This document shows, one piece after another, positions 27,535 to 40,469 of a stretch of DNA of 64,000 bases. The position numbers were made by a program, and so were the translations under genes. Numbering within the stretch: the stretch's first letter is position 1; each line of letters begins with the position of its first letter. Location of the stretch: contig OZ024741.1 in assembly GCA_964016885.1 (NCBI GenBank), forward strand, positions 151,032,001 through 151,096,000. Direction: 5' to 3'. A model generated the notes under the pieces. The model worked only from the letters and a program-made list of their open reading frames with translations, searched no databases and was not told the origin of the DNA. The DNA is from Eledone cirrhosa (taxonomy: Eukaryota).

Positions 27535-27820
27535 TCCGCGCATTGCCTGGGAACTTAGCTGAGAATAGACTCCCTGATGACGTAATGAATTCTCGATAGT
27601 TACATTGTGTAACTATATTTATCCCATTACAGAAACTAATTAGTTGGAGTGAAAATTTTAGTAAGTAAGTTAATTTTTAATTTTTAAAATTTTCTTATTT
27701 TACGTCTTTCATATAATTGTTCTGCATCCCTCTGCATTGAACCACCTAGGTACTTTGACATAACTTATATATTTACTAGTATTAGTGTACATCTGTACGC
27801 ATATGTTGGTAGATGTATTA
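27535..27820 (+). mobile_element. Family B repeat with hammerhead at 27570-27649
   Basis: ctcc-CTGATGA-c-gtaatg...cattac-a-GAA-ac-taatta-GTT-ggag. Confidence 0.8.
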
Positions 27821-27822
27821 AT

Positions 27823-27861
<39 letters not shown>

Positions 27862-29009
27862 TTTGGATTGCTGGAATATTGTTCTTCCTTGTTGATAATC
27901 CAATAATATCCACTTTCTGTGACTTACCATCTGATTAATTGGTGAAATATATTTCTTTAATGAAATATATTCAGGGAAGATTAATCATTAAAAGGTATCT
28001 ATTTTTGAAGTTCTAGTTAACTTTATTTATTTGTTACCTACTAACCATGCGTGGTTACACGCTTGTAAAAATTATCTCCTGTGATTATTCATGTTTATAT
28101 TTATTTATATATATGTTGATCAATTTCTAGTTATTATATATATATATAGATATATTTTTTTTCATATATATAATTTAAATTAAAAGATATGTGTATATAT
28201 ACTGTATATATAAAGAAAGCCATATATCGTTTGAGAAACATATAGTATTTTGTACATATATGTAAAGCAAATAATATTTAGGAAAAAGTACATACTTTAA
28301 GGTGGAACATTTCATATTTTCCTTATGGTTCCGTTACATAGTTCTAAAACCGAAGCAAAAATGGATCTAAGTAATCGATTATAGATCACCAACTATCAAT
28401 TGTTGTAAAGCTCGGAAGACGGGAAACTAATCATCAGAGAAATCGTCTTTGGATACATTCCAGTAGAGTACAAAATATCTTTATATCTGTCGGGATCCGA
28501 TAGTTAGCCCAAACTACAGACAGTATTGTGTGAGAACATTTAAACTTTGGTGGCAGATACAAATAGAACTGGATGCCGTATCCGCTAGAAAGAGATGCGA
28601 AGTACTAGTCACAGTATAAGCAACTCAACAAATTAAGAACCTGGAGTAGTTCTATACTAATTTAAGCTATCATAACATATATATAATATACAATATATAT
28701 GTATGATGATTATGTTTCTCAGTAGAAAAGAACAATTAAGAGATATATGTATAGAGAGATAGAGCCATATATCGCTGAGAAATACATAGTATTTTGAACA
28801 TATATATATATAAAGCACTAAATATTTAGGAAAACGTAAACATTTGAAGGCGGAAAAGTTCTTATTTTCCTTCCGGTACCGTTTCGTAGTTTCCTAAACC
28901 AAATTATTGATGCTCTTGGCAAATATCTATTGTGAATTTCCGTCGAGCAACATAATCATCATACATATTATATATTATATATGTTATGATACCTTAGATT
29001 AGTATATAA

Positions 29010-29121
29010 TTTGGCTCAATGGTTAGAGAATTGAATTCGCAATCATGAGATTGTGGGTTCGATTCCCGGGCTGGGCGATGCGTTATGTCCTTGGGCAAGA
29101 CACTTTATTTGACGTTGCTCC
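29010..29121 (+). mobile_element. tRNA-derived SINE with a V/CORE-like domain
   Basis: A box tggctcaatggttaga, B box gggttcgattccc, then tgtccttgggcaagacacttt. Confidence 0.8.
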
Positions 29122-29584
29122 TTCTACCTGGAGTTGCGACCGATAGAGAGTATTAGCAATAAGAAAGACCAATGGAAACATTGTTTCCTCGGTTCAATTT
29201 GACGAAAGTCGATCGACTGTCTATATATATATATATGTGTGTATGTGTGTGTATGTACGTAGATACGTATGCCGAGCTTCTGGGTTAACTATAATTTGGC
29301 CTTAGGCTTTTACAACAAGCTATGTTAAGAGAAACTTTACTTACTAATTGATAAATGTATGGTGGTGATGAATCAAGCTTGGCTCTGAATGAGAAACGAA
29401 CCTTTTAAGCACACACCCAAAATTCTACATCATTGCAAACAAATACGTGCTATGAAAATCTACATTGAGATTGGAAAAGCCCCAACAAAGCACAAAAACA
29501 ATGCAATGGACATACATTCTAAATTACGTATCATTTTATATTTTACTTCGACTTCAACATTTTTTTTGAAGACGCCATTTTCTC

Positions 29585-29694
<110 letters not shown>

Positions 29695-29902
29695 GTTGTT
29701 AATACAAAGCTTAGTTTCCTAATGCATGTATATCACTTTTCTGGAATTTTATTGTTTATTTTTATTCTAATACTGCTACATTGTTTTCCATATATATAGA
29801 ATTTTGTTTCATTTCACAGGATTTTACTAAAAACACACAACACAACAGTATCTGTTACTTCAGTATTATGTATCGTCTTTAGCTTGTTTTTAACTAACTC
29901 AT

Positions 29903-29990
29903 TTTCTTCTTCTTCTTCTTCTTCTTCTTCTTCTTCTTCTTCTTCTTCTTCTTCTTCTTCTTCTTCTTCTTCTTCTTCTTCTTCTTCTTC
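29903..29990. repeat. (TTC)n microsatellite
   Basis: Perfect trinucleotide run, the source of the poly-E ORF. Confidence 0.95.
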
Positions 29991-31152
29991 ACAACGGTGC
30001 ATTAATTGAACGCAGTGACACTATTTTCTATATATCAACACTATTTTAAAGGCCCTTTATGTTATTTTATTTATAAAAAAAAACTAGTATTGTCTTTGCA
30101 GATACATTGAAATAAAGTTTTATGGTGTATTAAATCGATTTAGTTCGCTAATATGGACACTATATTACACATATGTAGCAAACATCTTCAACATTTTTCT
30201 ACTCATCTGGTGGAAAAAGTATCGCGAAGAATACAAAACAATGAAACAATAGTGAACAGTTATAGTGTTATTAGTTTAACGTTATGAGGAAAAATAGAGG
30301 GGGTGTGTTCAAAGTTTCGAACAATGGAGGTCTTTGTCGGGAGAGAAAGGAACATTCTTCCTTCGGAAAGCGAAGAGAAAAGTACGTGCTTTGCCTGATT
30401 TCTCCTTTAGTAAAAAAAATATTAGTGACGGAAGAAAATTGGAGTCAGAGACGTAGGCAAAGGGAGATAATAATTGTGGTGCATTGTATGTGTATGAGTG
30501 AAGTGCTAAGTGCGTGTGTATGTATTATATAGATAGTGATATTTTCCGAGAAGTTTACGTGTGGTGGTGGTGGGGATATATGTGCATTGTGAGTGAGCAT
30601 TGTGGTGATATAGTACAGGGAGTATATCAATATAAGTATGTGTGTAGACGCTCGTTACTACATAATGGCAAGTCGTTTGTTTCGACAAAAATGATCTCCC
30701 CGTTAGAACGAAAAATGTCGGTTCACATGTCCCACAAACTTTCAACTAAATTGATTATACCTCTCTGCACCTATCTGTTTTTAATGATATCTTATGCAAC
30801 AAGTCTGCTGTTCTTTAACTGTTACGCGAACAGCAAGAAATCTGTCTTGGTATTGTAAATTGCTGTGCGTTTGAAAAACTCACCTTCTACTAAGATGCAC
30901 AATCACATGCATTGCAAATATGCACCCAAATCACAACATAAATACGAAATATCACCCCCTCCACAAGGCACACACTTACACAGCTTTCTCACATTCTTTC
31001 TATCTCTTTATCGCTTCTTTTTAGAAGAAATCACCCGTGTTCAGAACGTGTGAGAGATGAGCTCCACTATGTTAAAGTGCCCAAAACACGTCGTATGCCA
31101 CGACAACGTCTCTACGAAATCCATGCATCCATTCACCCCTACATAATACATA

Positions 31153-32067
31153 CGAGGTGGGTCAGATAAGTTCCAGAACTGATGCCACAAAAGATTTATT
31201 TCAAACCCAAACTTCACACTAAGAGTTTTCTACTTCAAAGTAATGCCCTGGAGTATGTAACTGTAATCTTAGCTCTCTGCAGCGATCAAACTTTTTTCTT
31301 CATAATTTTATATACATGTCCTCTGTTTCAGGTCGTCAAGCAATGAGCACAGAGCAACGAACAAACTTGAAGTTTCTGGGACGGTTGGGGAAAACTCCGT
31401 CAGAAGCACTGGGATTGCTGCAGCAAGTGTATGGAGATGAGACGATGTCACGCTCACGTGTTTTTGAGTGGTGCAAGAGGTTTATATAAGGACGCGAAGA
31501 CGTGGAAGATGAGCCCAGGAGCGGAAGGCCGTCAACAACCAGGACTAAGGTCAACGTTGAGCGCGTCAGGCAGATGGTGCGTAGCGATGGTCGGTGACTG
31601 TTCGACTGATGGCAAATGAGCTGGGCATGAATTGGGACAGCGTCTGGAATATTCTCACTGAAGATTTGGACATGCGGAAAGTCTTCACGAAGATGGTGCC
31701 AAAACTGCTGAATGATGACGAGAAGGGTCGACGCATGCAAGTGTGCCAGGACATCCTCGAGCGTCTTGAAACCGAACCAGACTTGCTAGGAACAGTCATC
31801 ACCGGTGATGAGTCATGGATCTTCGAGTACGACTCGGAGGGGACCCGTTTTGAAGACGTGGACGACATCAAAAAGGCCGTGACGACGGAACTGAGGAGGA
31901 TCCCGGAAGAATCCTTCCAGTAGTGCATGCAAGCGTGGCAGAAAAGGATGGAAAAGTGCATTAGACTCCAGGGGGATTACTTTGATGGTGAAAACTCTTA
32001 GTGTGAAGTTTGGGTTTGAAATAAATCTTTTGTGACATCAGTCCTGGAAATTTTCTGACCCACCTCG
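31153..32067 (+). mobile_element. Mariner element with about 77-bp TIRs and an internally deleted transposase pseudogene
   Basis: TA on both sides, TIRs at 31153-31229 and 31990-32067. ATG at 31343 gives MSTEQRTNLKF..VFEWCKRF..GRPST..MVPKLL..ITGDESWIFEYDSE, joined directly to GTRFEDVDDIK..GDYFDG. Confidence 0.95.
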
Positions 32068-32125
32068 TACATACATGCATATATAGATAAATATATTAAT
32101 ATACATAGAAATGAATAAATAAATG

Positions 32126-32213
<88 letters not shown>

Positions 32214-32303
32214 ATAATAATAAATGTGATGACTAAAATCTGAAGAGGGCTCGATAAGGATAATATATATATATAAATATTTAAAAACCGTAGAGCAAAT
32301 ATT

Positions 32304-32428
32304 TATTAAAATAAGAGATTAAAGTTTAAGCAAAGAATCGCTGCTTTCACCCTTAACAGGATCTTCAGAAGATCCCGTTCAAGGTGAAAGCAGAGATTCT
32401 TTGCTTAAACTTTAATCTGTTATTTTAA
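32304..32428. mobile_element. Family D palindrome centred on a hammerhead core (second copy at 32701-32825)
   Basis: Arms of about 60 bp meet at gatcttc-a-gaagatc. The unfolded copy at 37487-37539 (-) shows the full HHR-like layout. Confidence 0.75.
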
Positions 32429-32431
32429 TAT

Positions 32432-32515
<84 letters not shown>

Positions 32516-32518
<3 letters not shown>

Positions 32519-32690
32519 GTGTATTTTGCAATACATTGTATGCTAAATAAAAAGCATTTTGAAGACCTTATGCTATTGTTTTAGAGTAGTGACAGACTCA
32601 CTTACTTTAATTTTAGCAAACAGGGGGAGATAAAGCTGACAAGGCCTTGTTTCTGCATTTATTGATGCTTATCAAAGCCAACTACTCCTC
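32516..32690 (-). mobile_element. Family C arm, inverted partner of 34034-34208
   Basis: Near-perfect reverse complement over about 175 bp. Confidence 0.9.
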
Positions 32691-32816
32691 CAACTACTAC
32701 TATTAAAATAACAGATTAAAGTTTAAGCAAAGAATCGCTGCTTTCACCCTTAACAGGATCTTCAGAAGATCCTGTTCAGGGTGAAAGCAGAGATTCTTTG
32801 CTTAAACTTTAATCTG

Positions 32817-32880
<64 letters not shown>

Positions 32881-32885
<5 letters not shown>

Positions 32886-33916
32886 TAATTTAATATATCT
32901 ACTAACATAAGCGCACAGATGTACGCTAATGCCAGCAAATACACCGGTTATGTCATAGTACCTAGGTGGTTCAATGCAGGAGGATGCAGAACAATAATAT
33001 AAAAGACGTAAAATAAGAAAATTTAAAAAAAAAAATAAAAAGAAAATTAACTTACTTACTTAAATTTTCACTCCAACTAATTAGTTTCTGCAATGGGATA
33101 AAGACAGTTACGTAATGAACTGTTGAGAATTTCATTGCGTCATCAGGGAGATCATTCTCAGCCAAGTCTCCAGGCAATGCGCGGACACTGGGAACTCATA
33201 TAAAAATAATAATAATTCGGAAGTGGTTTTGGCAGGTTTGCTCGACAAATCAGTGATTTGGAGATAAATATAGATAATTTAATATATCTACTAACATAAG
33301 CGCACAGATGTACGCTAATGCCAGCAAATACACAGGTTATGTCATAGTACCTAGGTGGTTCAATGCAGGAGGATGCAGAACAATAATATAAAAGACGTAA
33401 AATAAGAAAATTAGTACTATGACATAACCTGTGTATTTGCTGGCATTAGCGTACATCTGTGCGCTTATGTTAGTAGATATATTAAATTATCTATATTTAT
33501 CTCCAAATCACTGATTTGTCGAGCAAACCTGCCAAAACCACTTCTAAATTTTTTGCGGGTGTTAGTAGGCGTCTGTCATCTTACCATCCCATTCCTACTA
33601 ACTAGCCTCTGTGTCACGTGATTGATTCTTTAGAATCGGCCATATGACCAGTGGCAGTGAGAATTTTCAGTACCTGGAATCCAGTCCTCGATAGCTGTTC
33701 CATTTACCGAATTATTATTATTTTTATATGAGTCCCCAGTGTCCGCGCATTGCCTGGAGACTTGGCTGAGAATAATCTCCCTGATGACGCAATGAAATTC
33801 TCAACGGTTCATTACGTAACTGTCTTTATCCCATTGCAGAAACTAATTAGTTGGAGTGAAAATTTAAGTAAGTTAATTTAAAAAAATTTTTTTTAAAAAA
33901 ATGTTCTTAATTTACG

Positions 33917-33922
<6 letters not shown>
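32881..33922. mobile_element. Family B tandem-plus-inverted array with hammerheads at 33071-33150 (-) and 33777-33856 (+)
   Basis: Direct repeat 32882/33271 with a period of about 389 bp, inversion near 33414, (TA)n flanks. Confidence 0.85.
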
Positions 33923-33998
<76 letters not shown>

Positions 33999-34045
33999 TT
34001 ATTGATGCTTATCAAAGCCAACTACTCCTCCCGGGAGGAGTAGTT

Positions 34046-34091
34046 GGCTTTGATAAGCATCAATAAATGCAGAAACAAGGCCTTGTCAGCT
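34046..34091 (+). ncRNA. Family C hammerhead with a U3-A8 core variant
   Basis: ggct-TTGATAA-gcat-caataa-atgc-a-GAA-aca-aggcct-tGTC-agct, with a palindromic stem III. Confidence 0.65.
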
Positions 34092-34206
34092 TTATCTCCC
34101 CCTGTTTGCTGAAATTAAAGTAAGTGAGTCTGTCACTACTCTAAAACAATAGCATAAGGTCTTCAAAATGCTTTTTATTAAGCATACAATGTATTGCAAA
34201 ATACAC

Positions 34207-34238
<32 letters not shown>

Positions 34239-34479
34239 GCTATTTCAGAGCAACAATTCTAATATATATATATATATATATCAGATAGGGTGTGGTAAAA
34301 ACCAGGTAGACCATAACCCACCAGAGTACTCGATACTTGGGGTAGTAGAGTGGGTAATATGATAAGTTTCAGGACCCTGACGGCTGAGATGCGGAGGTTT
34401 CGACAGCTAGATCCGAACTCCGATATATATATACGAATTAGTACTTAATACCGAAGTCGAATTTATATATTCTTTGTTA

Positions 34480-36930
34480 TGGCTAAGTGGGGAAGTTTGT
34501 TACTTTGGAGCTTCATAACATAACCATAATGAATATATATAACAAAGGTGAGAAGGAGAAAAGGAGAGAATCCTCAAAAAACGGTTACTATTCAAACGCT
34601 AAATCAATTATGCAAAACTATTGAGACGGCAATGCTACAAAAGCCAGAACAAATCTTAAAACCAGTAAAAATAGATCTAGGATGACAAATCCATTAAGTG
34701 AAAAACACCCTGAGCCATATATGGACTCAAAATCTTACAGCCCGGGAATTAGCCTTTTGGTATTTTGTAAAAAATAGCAGCAAAGCAGAAATATATGAAA
34801 GATGGATCAATTCCACTCCAAACACCCCCGTCAAAAATTTCAAATAAAGCCTATCCAGAATTAACCTGAAAATAATCAAAACTTTCATGAAAAGTTGGCT
34901 TTAGAAAAATACAAAATGGCAATAGAATTATTACGGCAAATGGAAGTAGAAATTTGAGATGATTCCGAAGGCTAAATTTATGAAAACACCAAAATCTCTC
35001 AAAGGGATTAAAATTCACCCCCAACACCATACTACTCAACCTCAATGAGATATAGGACACTATTTCACACTTCTGTATAAAGATACGCCTAACAGAAGAA
35101 GTTTTAGACAAGGAAACAATGACAAGTCAATTGTACGGAATAAAAGCAATTACAAACCTACAAAAGATAGGAACAAAGTTTGTGACGACATATCAACTTT
35201 CCGATACAGTGAACTACCACATCCTAAACCCAAATCCAACATCAGCCAAAACGAATGGGAAACTATCCAAGAATTGAAGAACATTCACTAGGTCATAATT
35301 AAGGAAGCGAATAAGGGAAATATTGTCGTCGTTATGGATATTGGACGCAATATAAATTCTATATCTTCTCTCCTACAAGACATTGCCTATTATGAAAAGA
35401 CAAACAATTACCAGCAATCAAATACGATGACAAGACTAAACAAAATCGTTTAAAACACTAATCACCAGCTAATATGAAGGTCTAGTTGGATAGATGAAGG
35501 TCTAGTTGGATAAATGAAGGTGTGAATTATATCTGGTCTTAAAGCTATTCGATGTAGAGCCTATATATACTTTCGAGATGTGATTGGCGGTTACAGTACC
35601 GGAGTAGACAATGTCTTTAATTCGGCAGTTCTTATTTAATGGACATGTCTGTGGTGTTTCTTAGGGTTATTGCTGTGGTGTGATTTAACTTTTTGTACAG
35701 GAGTCTACGAGAATACATTTAATCGTAACTCCCAATACTATAATGAAGCATTAGCCCGTTCCGGCCATAGAGATAAAATTAAATTTAAACCTAAATCGTC
35801 AACCACCCATAGACAACCTAATATAATTTCACACAACATGGCCATGAATAAAAGTAAATAAATCACCCCACAGCAATAACCCTAAGAAACACCACAGAAA
35901 GAAAAATATAGATATGAATGAACCTAACACCACACTAAACAGTAGTATGAATAACAACCATAGGAAGAATAGAAGAAGTAGCACATATTTTAACCCTCCG
36001 TTCAACGTAAATGTATCAACAAACATATCTAAAGCTTTCTTCTCTACTCTAGACAAAAACTTCCCAACTAACCATAAATACCACAACCTATTTAACAAAA
36101 ACACAATTAAAATATCCTACTCCACCACACCTAACATAGCAGACCATATAGCCAGCACCAACAAGGGAAATATTGAAAAGTACTTCAAACTACACCAAAG
36201 TAATAATGTCCAGCATAGAAATAACCCGAACAACAACATAGTACAAAATCATACAACAAGTCATACTAATAATACAAATATTAATAACACTCACCATAAT
36301 TATAACACTAGAAGTAGAAAGAGAAACAACCACTCAAATGCACACCACCTTAACCAATATAGTAGTAAACAAAACAATTGTAACTGTAGGGCTAAAATGA
36401 CGTCCATTAAATAAGAACTGCCTAATTAAAGACATTGTCTACTCCGGTATTGTAACCGCCAATCACAACTCGAAAGTATATATAGGCTCTACATCGAATA
36501 GCTTTAAGACCAGATATAATGCACACCTTCATTCGTCCAGAAACCCTAAACTTAGAAACGTAACCTCAATATCCACATACATACACTCATTAAAATCAAG
36601 TAATATACCATACACCTTAAAATGGGAAGTGATAGCTAAGGCATCTTCATATAAACCACCTAACACATTTTGTAACCTTTGCATCCTCGAGTTTAAAAAT
36701 ATTATTCACTCTAACCTTAGCCTACTAAATAGGAAATCAGAGATCTTCTACACGTGTCCGCATTACCATAGATTCTCGTTCCACTACTTCAAACCTAGCA
36801 ACTAATAATAATAAAAATAAAAATAAAGACTAATGTCGGAGATAACACTAGACCACCACATTGTAACTTATACCAACTAGACCTTCATTTATCCAACTAG
36901 ACCTTCATCTATCCAACTAGACCTTCATGA
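34480..36930 (+). pseudogene. Penelope-like element, RT core replaced, GIY-YIG endonuclease region retained
   Basis: LSKGLKFTP, IIKEANKGNIVVVMD, YFNPPF..NTIKISYS, CNCR, DIVYSGIVT..VYIGST, CNLC..LLNRKSEIFYTCPH. Confidence 0.9.
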
Positions 36931-37193
36931 ATATAGGACTGCACCTTAATTAAAAGACCACACTGACCTACATACAGTCAATACATCTCTGTTTGATCTA
37001 TTACATTATACAATGAAAATATTTAAATGATATAGACACCCTAATAAATTCCCAATATACAACACCAACTAAATAGCAGACAACTGTGTATATAACTCCA
37101 ATTACTCCAGTATATATTATGCAACTCACTATCTTGTCATAAAAAAACTTCAACTATCTCTACACAATCAGTATGTTTGCATGTATATATATG

Positions 37194-37249
<56 letters not shown>

Positions 37250-37373
37250 GAAACACACAGATACATGCGGACACACACATATATACATGAATGCATCCGC
37301 ACCCAACTGTGAGTTAAGGGTGCCATATATATATATATATATTGCATGTATATATATGTGTATATATATATGG

Positions 37374-37476
<103 letters not shown>

Positions 37477-37486
37477 TAACAGATTA

Positions 37487-37539
37487 ACGTTTAAGCCAAG
37501 AATCGCTGCTTTCACCCTTAACAGGATCTTCTGAAACTT
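37487..37539 (-). ncRNA. Family D hammerhead-like motif
   Basis: Minus strand: aagttt-C(A)GAAGA-tcct-gtta-aggg-t-GAA-agc..gCTT-aaac. The copies at 32304 and 32701 have CTGAAGA. Confidence 0.5.
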
Positions 37540-37674
37540 GGATTTTAGTCTTGAAATATATTATTATTACTATATATATATATATATCAACCTAACAGCT
37601 CCTTCTAGCACTGATGGTGATTTTCGCTAAATATTGATGTTGATTTAGTTATTCATATTAATATTACTTGAGCA

Positions 37675-37798
37675 CCCACTGAAGATTTGTAAGAGCCCAC
37701 TTGCATAAGAATCCGTTGATCTTACACAAGTTTATACATAACTTGGTATAATTCCCCCCCCCCATGTAGAAACCTTACAATGAAACGATTCGTTTGGG
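37675..37798 (+). ncRNA. Type I hammerhead with an extended stem II
   Basis: ccca-CTGAAGA-t-ttgtaag...cttacaa-t-GAA-acg-att-cGTT-tggg. Confidence 0.75.
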
Positions 37799-37976
37799 AA
37801 ATGAGATCTTTAATATATCTCATATAAGATAATACATCCAATTATCCACACAATACAATATAGTTAGCACTCCAAACGTTTAATTGGGAATATACTCCGG
37901 TATTTCCTAATGTTTGCTGAGCGAGTTGGAAATTGGTCGCAGTATCGCTATTAACTTTCTCCGTTTATGTAATTTG

Positions 37977-38017
<41 letters not shown>

Positions 38018-38130
38018 GGACATTTAAATAAATTCAAGGTGAAAGACGAATTCACATCAATATCTTTCACTATTGCATTCTTTTTTCTATGTCCATACCT
38101 GCATTGTCTTGGCCTTATTACACATATTCA

Positions 38131-38197
<67 letters not shown>

Positions 38198-38452
38198 ACT
38201 ATTGTGAATCACTATCTTCGTGCTAATGGTAATTAATTCCGTAATGTATGCAAATACGTATCTATTTAGATGTCATACTTATATAAGCTATACTTCATTT
38301 TGCCTCAGTAACGTGAGTACAATTCTTGAAGGATAAGAGGTTCCAATCCTTCACATGATTACTAATCACAGCTTATAAACACCTCTAGCAGATACATGTA
38401 TATTTGTTATACACAGAAACATTGTATGTGCATCAACGTGCACCCCAGTATG

Positions 38453-38490
<38 letters not shown>

Positions 38491-38494
<4 letters not shown>

Positions 38495-38866
38495 GGTTTG
38501 AGGTTCACCACTGGATAGAGCTGGTCAATTCCGTATGGTCAATCTTAATGTAATAATATGGGGAGTACTCAACGTAAAGCAATTCAACCATCTTTGTTTT
38601 TGTAGTTGGTGGTGCTAGTACGGAGTTAAATATTATAATGAAATGACAGGAGGCTGGACTTGTGTAAATCCTTGAAAGGCTTATTATACTATGATCATTT
38701 CAATGATTTTCAGCCCCATGGATTTTATCTATTACATTCACTTATTATATTTCGAATACCTGATGATATCACCGGATTCATACGGAACCCGGTCATCGAA
38801 ATGATCATAGTATAATAAACCTTTCAAGGATTTACACAAGTCCAGCCTCCTGTCATTTCATTATTA
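38491..38866. mobile_element. Family F fold-back element with hammerhead at 38756-38813 (duplicated at 39257-39314)
   Basis: atac-CTGATGA-tat.accgg..ccggt.atc-GAA-atgatcAT-A-gtat. Same sequence as the arms of 61151-63451. Confidence 0.8.
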
Positions 38867-38883
38867 TATATATATATATATAT

Positions 38884-39059
38884 AACGAAGGAAATGTGGT
38901 AAGGAACCAGGTGGACCATAACGCACCAAAGTACTCAATACTTAGGGTAGTAGAGTGGGTAATAGGAAAAAGTAAGACCCCGACGGCTGAGCTCAAGCCG
39001 TTTCGACGGCTAATTCCATCGAAACGGCTTGAGCTCAGCCGTCGGGGTCTTACTTTTTC

Positions 39060-39061
<2 letters not shown>
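38884..39061 (-). mobile_element. Family A fold-back element
   Basis: Arms at about 38962-39006 and 39019-39061, (TA)n flanks. Confidence 0.85.
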
Positions 39062-39091
<30 letters not shown>

Positions 39092-39529
39092 TATTTTCCG
39101 TTGTGTTGTAATATAAATATTATAAGTTAAATATTATAATGAAATGACAGGAGGCTGGACTTGTGTAAATCCTTGAAAGGCTTATTATACTATGATCATT
39201 TCAATGATTTTCAGCCCCATGGATTTTATCTATTACATTCACTTATTATATTTCGAATACCTGATGATATCACCGGATTCATACGGAACCCGGTCATCGA
39301 AATGATCATAGTATAATAAACCTTTCAAGGATTTACACAAGTCCAGCCTCCTGTCATTTCATTATTATATATATATATATATATAACGAAGGAAATGTGG
39401 TAAGTATGTGTATATATAAACGTCCATAAGTATGTGTATATATATGTGAAAATGTATATAAATAAGTAAATATATATATATGTTTGATGTGTATAGTTAG
39501 ATGTAAGTGTATTCATGTATTAAAGTGCT

Positions 39530-39564
<35 letters not shown>

Positions 39565-39587
39565 ATATGTGTGTATATATGTATGTG

Positions 39588-39618
<31 letters not shown>

Positions 39619-40208
39619 GTATATGTATATATGTATATATATATGTGTATGTATGTATGTGTATATGGATGTGTATGTATGTGTATGTGTGTACACATGG
39701 ACTAGAGTATGTATGTATATATGTGTGTGTCTATACGTGTGTATATATAAAGATAAGTTGAGTATGAAAATGTATACACATGAGCGCGTATGTATGTACA
39801 TGAATACATGTGTGTATATATATGTGTATGCATGTGTATATATATGTAAGTATGAATATGTGAATTGTGAGTATATGTATTTTTGTAGAGGTGTGCAAAT
39901 ATATTTGTGTGTGAATGCGTGGGTGAAAGAATACGTACACTTGAAAGAAAAATTTAAGTCTGAATGTTAAGTGCAAACACAAAACCAACCACGCATATCT
40001 TTACTATCTCTAATCCTTCTATAGATTTAGAAAAATAACCAATAATATATTCTATAAAAATGTCAAAACAACAGATGGGAATCTAATTAATCACTGCCAC
40101 CAAGAATTCTCACTGCTATCGAAAAACCACTCCTTCAACTATTCTTCTAACAACTTCACCCCTTCCTCCTAATATTCTCTATAAAAACTAAATAGGTCCT
40201 CAGTAATA

Positions 40209-40325
40209 TTATTCTGATGAAATGACAGTAAATAATAACATTGAAATATTGAATGTCTGCATAACTAAAAGTTTGTAGATAGCTGTTTTAGGTTATGTAA
40301 CTGTTATAGAAACACGTGTCAATAA
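40209..40325 (+). ncRNA. Type I hammerhead with an extended stem II and a palindromic stem III
   Basis: ttatt-CTGATGA-a-atgacag...ctgttat-a-GAA-ac-acgt-GTC-aataa. Confidence 0.8.
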
Positions 40326-40359
40326 ATTCCTTTCAACTAAACTGTATCCATTCAAATCT

Positions 40360-40425
<66 letters not shown>

Positions 40426-40469
40426 ATACAAAGATGTATGATATATATATATGTATGTATGTATATATG

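Noticed and set aside
29814-30002. Poly-Glu ORF
   Set aside because: It is the (TTC)n microsatellite.
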